64,000 nt of DNA from Lachnospiraceae bacterium (GTDB taxonomy: Bacteria > Bacillota > Clostridia > Lachnospirales > Lachnospiraceae). Location: the NCBI GenBank assembly GCA_024682835.1, contig JAIKYU010000096.1, positions 3,101 through 67,100 of the forward strand, in the 5' to 3' direction. The position numbers were made by a program, and so were the translations under genes. Positions 48,123 through 58,050 of this stretch are shown here, piece after piece; positions within the stretch are counted from its first letter, which is position 1, and each line of letters begins with the position of its first letter. Under the pieces are notes generated by a model. It was not told where the DNA came from. It saw only the letters and a program-made list of their open reading frames with translations, and did not search any database.

Positions 48123-48255
48123 ACGTATTTTGTAACTTATACTGGTTCACGTTATTGATTGCCGCAGGAAGTCGATTACGTGAACTGCATATACCGTGGA
48201 GACAAATTGAATTCTGCAGTTAACTTCGTTTGCGAGTATAGGAGGAACGCCGGAT

Positions 48256-49449
48256 ATGGCAAAGAATCACGAAGAAAAAAGAAATCTCGAAAACATCCCC
48301 GTAGGCTCTCTGGGTCTGATCGCCTTAAGCGGCTGCAAAACGCTGGGCGAACGCGTCGACAAATATCTGGTCAGATGGCGGGCCGAGCGGGAAAACGAGC
48401 ATAAGGGAAGCCTGGCCTTCACGGGCTATGAGCGTCCGTCCTATCTGCTTTCCGCGGAGACACCGCGCTTCGGAACAGGTGAGGGCAAGGGTGTCATCAA
48501 TCAGTCGGTCCGCGGCGCCGATCTGTATCTTCTGGTGGATGTGACCAACTACAGCCTGACCTACAAGCTGTTCGGCATGCAGAATCACATGTCGCCCGAT
48601 GATCATTATCAGGATCTGAAGCGCATCATTTCGGCAGTCGGAGGAAAAGCGCGAAGGATCACGGTCATCATGCCGTTCCTCTACGAGAGCAGACAGGACA
48701 AGCGCACCTCCCGTGAATCTCTGGACTGCGCAATCGCGCTTCAGGAGCTGGTAAAGATGGGCGTGGACAACATCATCACCTTTGAGGCCCACGAGCCCCG
48801 CGTGCAGAATGCCATCCCGCTCTCCGGCTTTGAGACCGTCCGCACCACCTATCAGTTTATCAAAGGTCTGCTGCTGAACGTGCAGGGGCTTAAGATCGAT
48901 GCGGAGCACATGATGGCCATCAGCCCGGATGAAGGCGGCATGAACCGTGCTGTCTATCTCGGTAGTGTTCTTGGACTCGATGTCGGCATGTTCTACAAGC
49001 GGCGTGACTACACCCAGGTCGTCGACGGCAGGAATCCGATCCTTGCGCACGAGTTCCTTGGAGCCTCCGTGGAGCACAAGGACGTGATCATCATCGACGA
49101 CATGATCTCCTCGGGAGACACTGTCATTGAGGTCGCAAAGGCACTGAAGCAGAGGAAAGCGGCACGGGTTTTCGTGTTTGCCACCTTCGGTCTCTTTACC
49201 GCCTCCCTTGCTCCCTTCGACAAAGCCTACGAAGCCGGTTTCATTGAGCGGATTCTCACAACCAACCTGATCTACCAGTCCCCGGAGCTCTTATCCCGGG
49301 AATGGTACATCAGCTGCGACATGAGCAAGTACATCGCCTACCTCATCGACACCCTGAATCACGATGCCTCGATCAGCGATCTGCTCAATCCGGTGGAGCG
49401 TATCACAAGCTTTGTGTCACGCTATCATGAAGGAACATTATCAGACTGA
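48256..49449 (+). CDS. prs: Ribose-phosphate pyrophosphokinase
   Basis: PFLYESRQDK, SPDEGG, IIIDDMISSGDT. Confidence 0.92.
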   Translation: MAKNHEEKRNLENIPVGSLGLIALSGCKTLGERVDKYLVRWRAERENEHKGSLAFTGYERPSYLLSAETPRFGTGEGKGVINQSVRGADLYLLVDVTNYSLTYKLFGMQNHMSPDDHYQDLKRIISAVGGKARRITVIMPFLYESRQDKRTSRESLDCAIALQELVKMGVDNIITFEAHEPRVQNAIPLSGFETVRTTYQFIKGLLLNVQGLKIDAEHMMAISPDEGGMNRAVYLGSVLGLDVGMFYKRRDYTQVVDGRNPILAHEFLGASVEHKDVIIIDDMISSGDTVIEVAKALKQRKAARVFVFATFGLFTASLAPFDKAYEAGFIERILTTNLIYQSPELLSREWYISCDMSKYIAYLIDTLNHDASISDLLNPVERITSFVSRYHEGTLSD

Positions 49450-51998
49450 TAATAGGTGATAAACCGGTTCCCGTTTTCCCTGAATAACTGATTTCCATGC
49501 GAGCGCGTGATTTTATATACGCGCTCGCCCGCATTTTTCCGCGGATCGACAATCACCAGCTCCGTGTCATTGTAGCCGATGACGAGCAGGGCGGAGCCGT
49601 CCTGCATGGAAACCAGCACCGGAATATCCTGATTGACATAGTATAGCACAATCGGCAGACTGCAGCCCGTCAGCGTGAGCGATCTGCAGTCCGACATGCT
49701 GCGATCCAGAATCTCCGACAGGGAGTCTCCTCTCTCCAGCATATCATTCACGTCCCTGCTGATCCCCCTGTGCTCCAGAATCAGCTTCAGGCAAAATGCC
49801 GCCGTTCCCTCTCCCTCGCTGAACACGGCAGATTCCGCGGAGTGAGTGATGGCCATGATCTGATTCCTGGATGCCAGATTCTTCTTTTCCCATACGTACC
49901 GGTCGTCGCCGTCCACCACCGCACAGTTTTCGTCGTAAGCCGCCAGAACAGCCGCCGCCTCTTCCTCATAGATTCCCTCAATTGAACCATCGTTTCGATA
50001 GACATAAAAGCCGCCGAAGGTCTCCCTTTTCCTGAATACCTCCAGTCCCTCCTCCTTTGGCAGAACAAGCGACGGTGTGAGAATCTTGACGGAAGAAGCT
50101 TTGATATCCTGCCTGCAGTCTATCACCGTCGTCTTTTCCCACTGCTCCGTGACCACCGTCACCAGCCGGTTGGTTTTGGACTTGGCCTCTAACGTATTGA
50201 TAATCTGATCCTCCGCGGCATCCTCATAATACCCGGTCTCCTCATTGAGCGTCACCCGATGGAGCCGGATCTGGTTCCCCTCGACGATGGCATCGACCAC
50301 GTAATGCCCGGGACTTTTATAGTTTTCCAGAATATTGCCGAAGGCGTCACGGATCAGCACGGTCTCCATGGCATAGACGTCGTTTCCCGTCTGATCCCTG
50401 CGGATATCCCCGTCGTTTACCACGCCGTAAACAAGATCCTCCTGCATGAATCCGAGCGGAATCACCTGGGTGCCCGGCTCCGCTTCCACCTGGGACATTT
50501 CGCCGCTGTTAAACTGGATCAGCGTGATCCTGTCCCCGATGCTTCCGTCTGTGCGCGCAAACAGCGCACCGGATTCCGAACGGAAATAGGGTGTTTTCGC
50601 CGCGTCCGCGATCACCGTGCTGACGCTCTGATTCGCGGAATCCACGAGAACCACGTCGTCCCCCAGCATCAGATAGAGCTCGCCCTCTCCGCTGACATGA
50701 GCCATCCGGCTCACGTACGCTCTGAGGATTTCCGGCGAGACATCCACCGGCAAAAACAGTTTTTCCTCCAGCTGTTTGATGGAAGAGCGGTAGTGATAAT
50801 ACGCCACTCCGACCCTTCCCTCGTGGATTCCCCGGTTCATATAGCCGGCCACCAGAAAATGAATATCCCCGTTCTCATCCGCGCGGAGCAGATGAAAATC
50901 ATAATTCTGCCAGGTGCACCGCTCGTCCGCGTTCTCATTGTCCTCAAAGGAAAAGATCACCGCCAGCTCGTTGTTTTCCTTGCTGTAGGAAAAGAGCCTG
51001 CGCCCGGCGGAAAATGCAAGCACACTGCCGTCGCTGTTTTCAATCAGGGGCACGTTTTCCGGTGTGATGAACAGTTCGATCTTATCCCCTGAAAAGTCGG
51101 CCGCATCCCCGGAAAACCGGTATTTCATCGATCTGTCATAGTCCAGCAGATAGATCCTGCTCTTTCCTCTCCGCAGTCTGAACGTCTCCGTCACATCGCA
51201 GGGGAGCTGACGGTCGTCGTCTCCGCGAAGAACGATGCTGCCCGTCAGGGAAAGCGTGATGATATCGCCCCGCACGTCCCAAAGCTGCAGAGATGGAGAA
51301 TCATGGGAGACCACCGGCAGATCCCCCCAGACGACCTGTTTGATACTGGAGTGAATATTGACGCGTGCATAGGTCGAATTATCCCCGGAGCGGTCCGGTT
51401 CCATGTAGGCAGCCAGCCTCTCCCGCCCTGTTTCGTCGAAGGTGCTCTCATGGAAATCCGCAGCGAACGCAGCTGCCTCCTGTGCGAAGGAGACGCTCTC
51501 ATCCCCGGGAAGAATCACGCGGGTGTAATAGGAGACCGTCTGGTCTGCGATGTCGGCACGCAGAATCAGAATGTATTCCGTATCCGGAGCCACCAGATCC
51601 TTGACGGCAAAGGAAGCCTCAAGATCTCCGAATACGGTCTCCCGAAAGGAGGACAGGGGCGTCTGTTCCACGAGGTTTTCACCGGTGATGTCCCGCACCT
51701 CAAAACGCATCCCGTCCAGAGCCTGTCCGTAGGCAAGAACGGTGAGCCTGACCGTCCGGTCTGAAGCAAGCGGCAGAATGCCGCCCCGGACGGAACGGAC
51801 ATCCATTTCATCCAGATAACCGTGGAGCGTCCCCGCCTCTCTCCCGTCCGGCAGATAGAGTCTGACGAGCGGAAGGGAAGCACTTCCCATCACAGCGGTC
51901 TGATCCTCCGTCTCATCACTCATCAGACGGGCAAACAGGAAAAGAAAGAGAAAAAATACCGCAATAATATACAGGATTTTTATAATCAATCTGCGCAT
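49425..51998 (-). CDS. Large membrane-anchored exported protein with degenerate C39-like C-terminal domain
   Basis: N-terminal TM; 857 aa; C-terminal PVLV...LVIGYND..VIVDP pattern. Confidence 0.75.
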   Translation of the reverse strand: MRRLIIKILYIIAVFFLFLFLFARLMSDETEDQTAVMGSASLPLVRLYLPDGREAGTLHGYLDEMDVRSVRGGILPLASDRTVRLTVLAYGQALDGMRFEVRDITGENLVEQTPLSSFRETVFGDLEASFAVKDLVAPDTEYILILRADIADQTVSYYTRVILPGDESVSFAQEAAAFAADFHESTFDETGRERLAAYMEPDRSGDNSTYARVNIHSSIKQVVWGDLPVVSHDSPSLQLWDVRGDIITLSLTGSIVLRGDDDRQLPCDVTETFRLRRGKSRIYLLDYDRSMKYRFSGDAADFSGDKIELFITPENVPLIENSDGSVLAFSAGRRLFSYSKENNELAVIFSFEDNENADERCTWQNYDFHLLRADENGDIHFLVAGYMNRGIHEGRVGVAYYHYRSSIKQLEEKLFLPVDVSPEILRAYVSRMAHVSGEGELYLMLGDDVVLVDSANQSVSTVIADAAKTPYFRSESGALFARTDGSIGDRITLIQFNSGEMSQVEAEPGTQVIPLGFMQEDLVYGVVNDGDIRRDQTGNDVYAMETVLIRDAFGNILENYKSPGHYVVDAIVEGNQIRLHRVTLNEETGYYEDAAEDQIINTLEAKSKTNRLVTVVTEQWEKTTVIDCRQDIKASSVKILTPSLVLPKEEGLEVFRKRETFGGFYVYRNDGSIEGIYEEEAAAVLAAYDENCAVVDGDDRYVWEKKNLASRNQIMAITHSAESAVFSEGEGTAAFCLKLILEHRGISRDVNDMLERGDSLSEILDRSMSDCRSLTLTGCSLPIVLYYVNQDIPVLVSMQDGSALLVIGYNDTELVIVDPRKNAGERVYKITRSHGNQLFRENGNRFITYYQSDNVPS

Positions 51999-52060
51999 GA
52001 CACGTGAAATATGCTATAATATCAGATAAATATTGCTCGTCTTTTTCGCAAGGAGGTTCG

Positions 52061-52543
52061 ATGGATCATCCGATTCTCTACCGGAAGCGCATCATTCCCG
52101 CCGAATGCGTGTTGTTGAAGGACGACCGGATCCTGTTTCTTGACGATTCCGTGATTGTGACCGGCTGGCAGGCGCTGCATCCCAAGCCTGACCTTGCGTG
52201 CGGTTTTTCCTGCTACTATCTGGACGAAGGCTTCAAAATCAGCAAATTCTGCCGCGAAGACAAATCCCTGATCCACTGGTATTGCGATATCGTCGACTTC
52301 GGCGACGGCATCCGGGACGGAAAGCTTATCGCCACGGATCTGCTGGCCGATGTCATCATCTCCCCAGACGGGGCCGTTCGCATCGTGGATCTCGATGAAC
52401 TGGAGGATGCCTTTAACCGCGGGCTCATCAACAGTCTTCAGTTTGAAACGTGCCTCAGTCATCTGGCCCATCTCCTTATGCGGCTTCGCACGGACGGCAT
52501 AGACCGCCTCACGGAGCCGATCGGAAGGTTTAGTGATCAGTAG
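52061..52543 (+). CDS. DUF402 family protein
   Basis: WYCDIV, TDLLADVII.PDG...DLDEL; AGGAGG RBS before the ATG at 52061. Confidence 0.85.
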   Translation: MDHPILYRKRIIPAECVLLKDDRILFLDDSVIVTGWQALHPKPDLACGFSCYYLDEGFKISKFCREDKSLIHWYCDIVDFGDGIRDGKLIATDLLADVIISPDGAVRIVDLDELEDAFNRGLINSLQFETCLSHLAHLLMRLRTDGIDRLTEPIGRFSDQ

Positions 52544-53712
52544 AACACATGTCCTCCGATATTGATTCCCTTAAGCCCCGGAACCGGCGTGCGAAAATAC
52601 ACACAGTTTCCGACATTGGTGTAGCCCTTCATCACCTCATCCGCAGCACGGTAGCAATCTGCGGTCGCGCGTCCCTCCGCCAGCGCAAGCGCCAGTCTTC
52701 CCGTCGAAACAGGAGAAAACTGATGTGCCTGATAGATCACCCCCACCACGGTGTCCGGGTAGATCCCCGACCGCACGCGATTGATCACCACCGAACCGAC
52801 GCCCAGCTTTCCCTCGTAGGACTCCGCCCCGGCCTCGCAGTAGATGATACTGGCAAGCAGATACCGGTCCCCCTCCGCAAAGGTGATGGCGGAGATGTCG
52901 CGCCAGAAGCTCTTTTTAGCCAGCTGTGACAGACGGATTTCCTCGGCAAGCTTTTCCTCCAGTTTCCTGATATCCTCCTCCTCCTCCCTGAGGCGTTCGG
53001 AAATCTGGTCGGCCACCGCCTCCGCGGTGTCAATCTGTCCCTCATAATTGCGGATCGAGCCGGAGGTCCGGGTCACCAGCCCCGATACCCTGTTCTGCTC
53101 CGCCTGCTGCCTCGATTGATACTCCGTAAGCAGCTCAAGATCCTTTTCCAGCTGTTCCTTTTTCTCTTCAATCTGCTCGCCGTTGTCGATGTAGGCCTCC
53201 AGCATCCTTCGGTCATAGGCGGAAAGCCGCTCGATATAATGGTTCTGATTCAGAAAATCCGCAAAGCTCCGGCTTCCGAGAAGCATATCCGTAACCAGAA
53301 AATTCTGTTTTTCATAGATAAACTGGACGCGCTTCTTCATGGCCGCGTACTGCTCTTCCTGAATCCGGATCGCCTCGGCCAGCTCCCCCTCCGTCGTGTT
53401 GATCTCCTGCTCCTTGTGGTGGATCTGTGACTCGATTTCCTCGAGGGATTCGCTGACCTCCGTGAGCTGCGTATTCAGATTGGAAAGCTGTCCGATCAGG
53501 GAGTCCTTTTCCGCGTTGAGGTGATTGATATTGTTCTCCTGTACCGTGAGCTCGTTTTTGCTCTGCTCATGCTGATTCTTTGCCTCCTCCAGCGCTTTCT
53601 TCGTCGCCTCCGAAGCGTGTGCGGGCACCTGCAGCAGAAATGTCACAAGCAGGGTACAGAAGAGCCATCCGGCGAGCAGCCGGTGTTTTTTCCGGAGGGA
53701 TCCCGCTTTCAC
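52537..53712 (-). CDS. Coiled-coil cell wall hydrolase (PcsB/CwlO-like N-terminus plus Hydrolase_2/SleB-type domain)
   Basis: Signal peptide, long coiled coil, LASIIYCEAG...VVINRV...IYQAHQF. Confidence 0.88.
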   Translation of the reverse strand: MKAGSLRKKHRLLAGWLFCTLLVTFLLQVPAHASEATKKALEEAKNQHEQSKNELTVQENNINHLNAEKDSLIGQLSNLNTQLTEVSESLEEIESQIHHKEQEINTTEGELAEAIRIQEEQYAAMKKRVQFIYEKQNFLVTDMLLGSRSFADFLNQNHYIERLSAYDRRMLEAYIDNGEQIEEKKEQLEKDLELLTEYQSRQQAEQNRVSGLVTRTSGSIRNYEGQIDTAEAVADQISERLREEEEDIRKLEEKLAEEIRLSQLAKKSFWRDISAITFAEGDRYLLASIIYCEAGAESYEGKLGVGSVVINRVRSGIYPDTVVGVIYQAHQFSPVSTGRLALALAEGRATADCYRAADEVMKGYTNVGNCVYFRTPVPGLKGINIGGHVFY

Positions 53713-54191
53713 AGCAGTATATGGATCTCCCGTCCCGTCCGGCTGTATGAATAGTACCGGACGCCCGCCGCGTCAAACATCCGTTTGGATGCCCTGGTTG
53801 CGGGAGTCGCGGCATATTTATCGCTGTCATAGACCACCGTGCGGATCCCCGCCTGAATGATCGCTTTGGCACATTCATTGCATGGGAACAGGGAGACATA
53901 GAGTTTTGCTCCCTCCAGGCTTCCCCCGCGGTAATTGAGAATCGCGTTCAGCTCGCTGTGAACGACAAAAGGATATTTCGTGGCAAGCGGATCATCGCCC
54001 TCCCTGTCCCAGGGAAAATCGTCGTCGTCGCACCCCGCCGGAAGTCCGTTATAGCCCATGGAGAGAATTTTGTTGTCCTCACTGACAATACAGCATCCGA
54101 CCTGGGTGTTGGGATCCTTGGAGCGCATCCCCGAGAGGGCGGCGACTCCCATGAAATACTCGTCCCAGGAAATATAATCCGCCCGCTTCAT
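53709..54191 (-). CDS. dCMP deaminase
   Basis: RSKDPNTQVG, HSELNAI, PCNECAK. Confidence 0.93.
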   Translation of the reverse strand: MKRADYISWDEYFMGVAALSGMRSKDPNTQVGCCIVSEDNKILSMGYNGLPAGCDDDDFPWDREGDDPLATKYPFVVHSELNAILNYRGGSLEGAKLYVSLFPCNECAKAIIQAGIRTVVYDSDKYAATPATRASKRMFDAAGVRYYSYSRTGREIHILL

Positions 54192-54640
54192 TTCGACTGC
54201 TCCGCTTCCGTGATTTTGTTGATGCGGCGCACATGCTTTTCCTCCCCGGAAAAGGGCGTGTCCAGAAAGACATCCACGATCTCAAAAGCGAGCAGCGGTC
54301 CGGTAAACCCGCCGCCAAGCGCGATCATATTGGCGTCGTTATGCTCTCTGGTCAGCCTTGCGGACGTCGTCTCGTGAAGCAGCGCGCAACGGATACCCGG
54401 GATTTTATTGGCCGCGATGGAGATTCCGATTCCGGTCGTGCAGACGAGAATCCCCCGGTCACAGCTGTGATCCGCCACCGCACGGGCGGCAGCCAGTCCG
54501 AAATCCGGATAATCGCAGGAGGTTTTTTCATGTGTCCCGAAATCACGTACTGTCTCTCCGCGTGCTTCCAGATGGGCTTTGATCGCCTCCTTGAGTTCAA
54601 AGCCGCCGTGATCACTCGCCAATGCTATTGTCATACTCAT
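54188..54640 (-). CDS. rpiB: Ribose-5-phosphate isomerase B
   Basis: SDHGG, CTTGIG, ANK..GIR, REHNDAN, RHxRR-like end (KHVRR). Confidence 0.93.
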   Translation of the reverse strand: MSMTIALASDHGGFELKEAIKAHLEARGETVRDFGTHEKTSCDYPDFGLAAARAVADHSCDRGILVCTTGIGISIAANKIPGIRCALLHETTSARLTREHNDANMIALGGGFTGPLLAFEIVDVFLDTPFSGEEKHVRRINKITEAEQSK

Positions 54641-55739
54641 GCTCCTTTCTGTTGTCTCTGTATCCGGAGGGCACACGGACGATCCTGTGTCCGCTTGCCT
54701 TTTCCATCCGATTCATGATTGCTGCGGACAGTTCCCCCTCGTGAAAGGTCTCCGCATAGATCTCCTCCGCACGGTCCTCATCACACTGTCTCAGGATTCG
54801 AAACAGGTTTCTGGCCACCTCGTCGGGAACCTGTCTTCTCCCCGCCAGATACACAGGAAGCTCCCCGTAACGGGAGGCTGTCTCCGCCGAGGCGATAACC
54901 GCCACGCGTCGCCCTGCTTCCTGCGCCTCTTTGGCCCTGTCACAGATATACGCCGCCACCTCGTCGTCGTCTCCCTCCACAAGCGTCATGGTGCCGCGCG
55001 GCGCGTAATGCCGGTATTTCATCCCAGGCGCCTTCGGTCTGAAAGAAGCGTCCTCCGGTCCCTCCCGGGGCAGAATCGCCGGATCCGTGTCCACATCACC
55101 GAGAATCCTTTTCAGCATTGCGCCGGTGATATACCCCGGCCTGAGAATCACCGGTCTCTCCTCCGTCAGGTCGACAATGCTTGACTCCACGCCGATTCCC
55201 ACCGGTCCGCCGTCCAGAATCAGATCCACCCGGCCGTCCAGATCCTCTGCGCAATGGGACGCAAGGGTCGGCGAGGGTCTGCCCGATGCGTTGGCGCTGG
55301 GCGCCGCAATGAAACCGCCGCCTGCGGCAATCACCGCCTGTGCCACCGGATGGGAGGGAAAACGAACCGCCACCGTGGACAGCCCGCCTGTTGTCTCATC
55401 CGGCAGCTCCGGACGCTTTTTCAGAATCATCGTGAGCGGTCCCGGCCAGAAGCTTTCAGCCAGCAGCCGCGCCTCCTCTGGAATCTCCGCGGCGACCCGC
55501 TCCAGATCATCCATTTCCGCGATATGCACAATCAACGGATTGTCGGACGGCCGTCCCTTGGCCGCATAAATCTTTTCCGAGGCATGCGGATCAAAGGCAT
55601 TGCCGCCCAGCCCGTAGACGGTTTCCGTCGGAAAGGCCACCAGTCCGCCGTTTTTTAAGATATCTCCGGCCAGTGCTATCGCGCGCTTCGCATCCGCTGT
55701 CTCCAGATGCTCCGGATTGACGGTAAGAAGTGTCGTCAT
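54612..55739 (-). CDS. sua5: L-threonylcarbamoyladenylate synthase (Sua5)
   Basis: FPTETVYGLG, KGRPSDNPLIVH, APSAN.SGRPS, SPGMKY-like APGMKYRHY; start moved to MTTLLT. Confidence 0.95.
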   Translation of the reverse strand: MTTLLTVNPEHLETADAKRAIALAGDILKNGGLVAFPTETVYGLGGNAFDPHASEKIYAAKGRPSDNPLIVHIAEMDDLERVAAEIPEEARLLAESFWPGPLTMILKKRPELPDETTGGLSTVAVRFPSHPVAQAVIAAGGGFIAAPSANASGRPSPTLASHCAEDLDGRVDLILDGGPVGIGVESSIVDLTEERPVILRPGYITGAMLKRILGDVDTDPAILPREGPEDASFRPKAPGMKYRHYAPRGTMTLVEGDDDEVAAYICDRAKEAQEAGRRVAVIASAETASRYGELPVYLAGRRQVPDEVARNLFRILRQCDEDRAEEIYAETFHEGELSAAIMNRMEKASGHRIVRVPSGYRDNRKEHEYDNSIGE

Positions 55740-57448
55740 CCGAGTGCCTGCGCAATCGCGCTCCAGATTTCCGGTTTTTCGTAGCCCAGTCGCCAGGCGG
55801 CCACGCCGGCGATATGATAGGTGCCCATGACTGTGATTTTCGTGCGGATCGACTCCGCATCCTCCATCCAGACCTGCCTGAGGGTTCCGTCCTTTTCCGT
55901 GAACTCGCCGTAATTCTGACAGGTCTCTTCGTCCCAGGAAAGCTGAACCTCCCGCTGCGAAACCCACTCCTGCGCGGAATTCATGTCCAGCGCGTCAGAA
56001 TCCACGCTGCCGTCTCTGGTCGCCCAAACCCGCGTATAGAAAGGAATCCCGCCGATCACCTTTTCTGCCGGCACCTCATCCACCGTTCTCCGGATTCCTT
56101 CCTCCACGAAACCGATCGATGCGACGCTTCCGGCCTCCTTGCTCCCCTTGTAGTGCTCATCGTATGCCATGACGATGACATAGTCCGCGACGATGCCCTG
56201 CTCTTTTCTGTTGTAATGATCATTCAACGCGCCCATCGGCACGTAATTGTCTATGGACAGCACCAGCTGCTTCTTCCTGCAGGCGATGGAAAGCTCGCGG
56301 ATAAATTCGATATAATCCTCACCCGAATCAGCCGGTATTCCCTCAAAATCCACATTGATGCCATCCAGACCGCAGGCATCAGACTCCTCCATCAGGCGGT
56401 CGATCAGCCGGCTTCGGTATGCTCTGCGCGAAAGCACCTCGGCGGCGTCCCCGTCACCGTTGAAATTGTCCACGGCAGCCCAGACCGCCACGCCCTTATC
56501 GTGCGCCTTATTTACATACGAAGCGGATGCGAAGCTGTTGATGTTGCCCTCGTTATCCGACAGAGAAAACCAGGTCGGCGAAATGGTGTTGAGGCCGTTT
56601 TTTTCACCGGCATTGGTCGCCGCTATCAGTTCATCCAGCGTGTCATTGCCGGCGGCGCCGGCCACCGCATGCCACGCGAGCACCACCGGCTGATCGGAGG
56701 AAATGCTCGTGTATTCCGGCTGCTTTGATTCGGGAGCGACCGCTTCCACCGTGACCGGCGCGGAGAGCCGTTTGTTTTCGACATAGCCGACCATGGCGTC
56801 CTTCGTGCAGACCTTGGTCCACGTCTCCATCTGCTCCAGCACGGTGACATGCTCTCCCCTTTCCAACTGGCGCATCACCTCGCTCTTGACGCCGCCAAGC
56901 AGGCGGAGGGATGTCTTCCGGGTGATATCGGCCTGTTCAAAGGACTGCCATTCCGTCGTCAGACGCAGGCGATTTGGTTTCGTAAACAACTCCCAGGTAA
57001 AATCCGAGTAACGCGCCACAAAGTCGATCAGAAGCCACAGGTTCTCTCCCTCCTTACGGGCAATTGCATGCTTTTCCTTCCCGTCCGTGCCATCCGATGC
57101 CGTGTAGGAGGGCTGCCCGATCTCTGCGGTGATCACGGTGTCCGGCGTGGTATAGATCAGGCAGTTGTCCGCCTCGCTGTAATAAAAGCGGCTGTTAAGC
57201 AGCTCATGCGTGTCCGTAAGTGTCAGATAGCAGGCATCGTCCAGCATTTTTGCATGCACGTCAATGAACGAATCATTGAGCATGACCGCCACGTCGTCCG
57301 GACCGGTGAGCCCGTAATACTCATTGAGATCCGCCTTCTCCCTGCTGTATGAATAGCGGTCCAACAGGGTCTGGCCAAAATAAAAGCCGCCGATCAATAA
57401 AATGAGGACGACGGCCAAAAGTGCGGGAATGATCTTTTTCATTCGCAA
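55736..57448 (-). CDS. Membrane-anchored SH3 plus glycoside hydrolase family 18 protein
   Basis: N-terminal TM, SH3b-like segment, LDGINVDFE catalytic motif, VMAYDEH. Confidence 0.88.
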   Translation of the reverse strand: MRMKKIIPALLAVVLILLIGGFYFGQTLLDRYSYSREKADLNEYYGLTGPDDVAVMLNDSFIDVHAKMLDDACYLTLTDTHELLNSRFYYSEADNCLIYTTPDTVITAEIGQPSYTASDGTDGKEKHAIARKEGENLWLLIDFVARYSDFTWELFTKPNRLRLTTEWQSFEQADITRKTSLRLLGGVKSEVMRQLERGEHVTVLEQMETWTKVCTKDAMVGYVENKRLSAPVTVEAVAPESKQPEYTSISSDQPVVLAWHAVAGAAGNDTLDELIAATNAGEKNGLNTISPTWFSLSDNEGNINSFASASYVNKAHDKGVAVWAAVDNFNGDGDAAEVLSRRAYRSRLIDRLMEESDACGLDGINVDFEGIPADSGEDYIEFIRELSIACRKKQLVLSIDNYVPMGALNDHYNRKEQGIVADYVIVMAYDEHYKGSKEAGSVASIGFVEEGIRRTVDEVPAEKVIGGIPFYTRVWATRDGSVDSDALDMNSAQEWVSQREVQLSWDEETCQNYGEFTEKDGTLRQVWMEDAESIRTKITVMGTYHIAGVAAWRLGYEKPEIWSAIAQALG

Positions 57449-57796
57449 TCTCCTTTCCGACGTCCTCCATTATACCATAATTTCCCTGTGATATCGAAGA
57501 AATCATGGATGCCACCCGTTTTCGTTTTCTTTACGGACACCGATGGGGTTCGCGCCCGGTTTTTGACTGATCCTTAGCCGGCAGAGAAGCCTGCCATTCG
57601 GAGCTTCTTCCCGTGAAAACATCCCGGTCCTGCCTCTCTGTCGGATGGGTGGTATAAGCGTGAAATGTTCCGGCCGCGTCATGCACATCCCCGGCACAGA
57701 AACAAACCGGGAACAAATGATTATCGCGGGTACAAATGAATCTTGTTAAAAGAATGAATTGGGATAATAAGTGAATTTACTGATGATGTTGACAGA

Positions 57797-57879
57797 TTGA
57801 AAGTCGTTCCGCTCCTGCGAACGACTGGAAAAATCAGTCACCTCCTTTCGGACGCCGATTCGCCGGAGACATCTCACGC
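57797..57879 (-). ncRNA. Candidate small RNA or attenuator leader of about 80 nt
   Basis: TTGCTT-18-TATAAC promoter with extended TGn upstream (57885-57914); terminal hairpin 57802-57826 followed by UUCAAU; no family recognised. Confidence 0.3.
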
Positions 57880-57979
57880 GTATGGTTATAGCACGACTGC
57901 CTGACAAAAAGCAAGATAAAATCCGTAATTTCCGAAAAACCGTCAGATTGCACAAAAACAGAAGTCCGATCAGGGCGTA

Positions 57980-58008
57980 TTGACAGAAGCCAAAACATCG
58001 GATAGTAT
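57980..58008 (+). promoter_or_regulatory. Sigma-A promoter of mecA
   Basis: TTGACA-17-TAGTAT. Confidence 0.75.
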
Positions 58009-58050
58009 CAAATTGCACAAAAAATAAGAGAAAAAAGAGGTTCTTTTTCT

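Noticed and set aside
52537-53712. Cell-wall hydrolase as the missing VirB1 of the T4SS-like locus
   Set aside because: It is 35 kb away in a housekeeping operon with an ordinary coiled-coil hydrolase layout; use in trans cannot be excluded but has no support
57746-58018. 90-aa ORF or type I toxin behind AAAGGAGGTGA
   Set aside because: No start codon at usable spacing from the SD, no hydrophobic toxin-like peptide, and the ORF overlaps two promoters
57741-58030. Rex operator near mecA (also checked near the PFOR promoter)
   Set aside because: Only half-sites (TTGTTAA, TGCACAA); no full 18-bp palindrome
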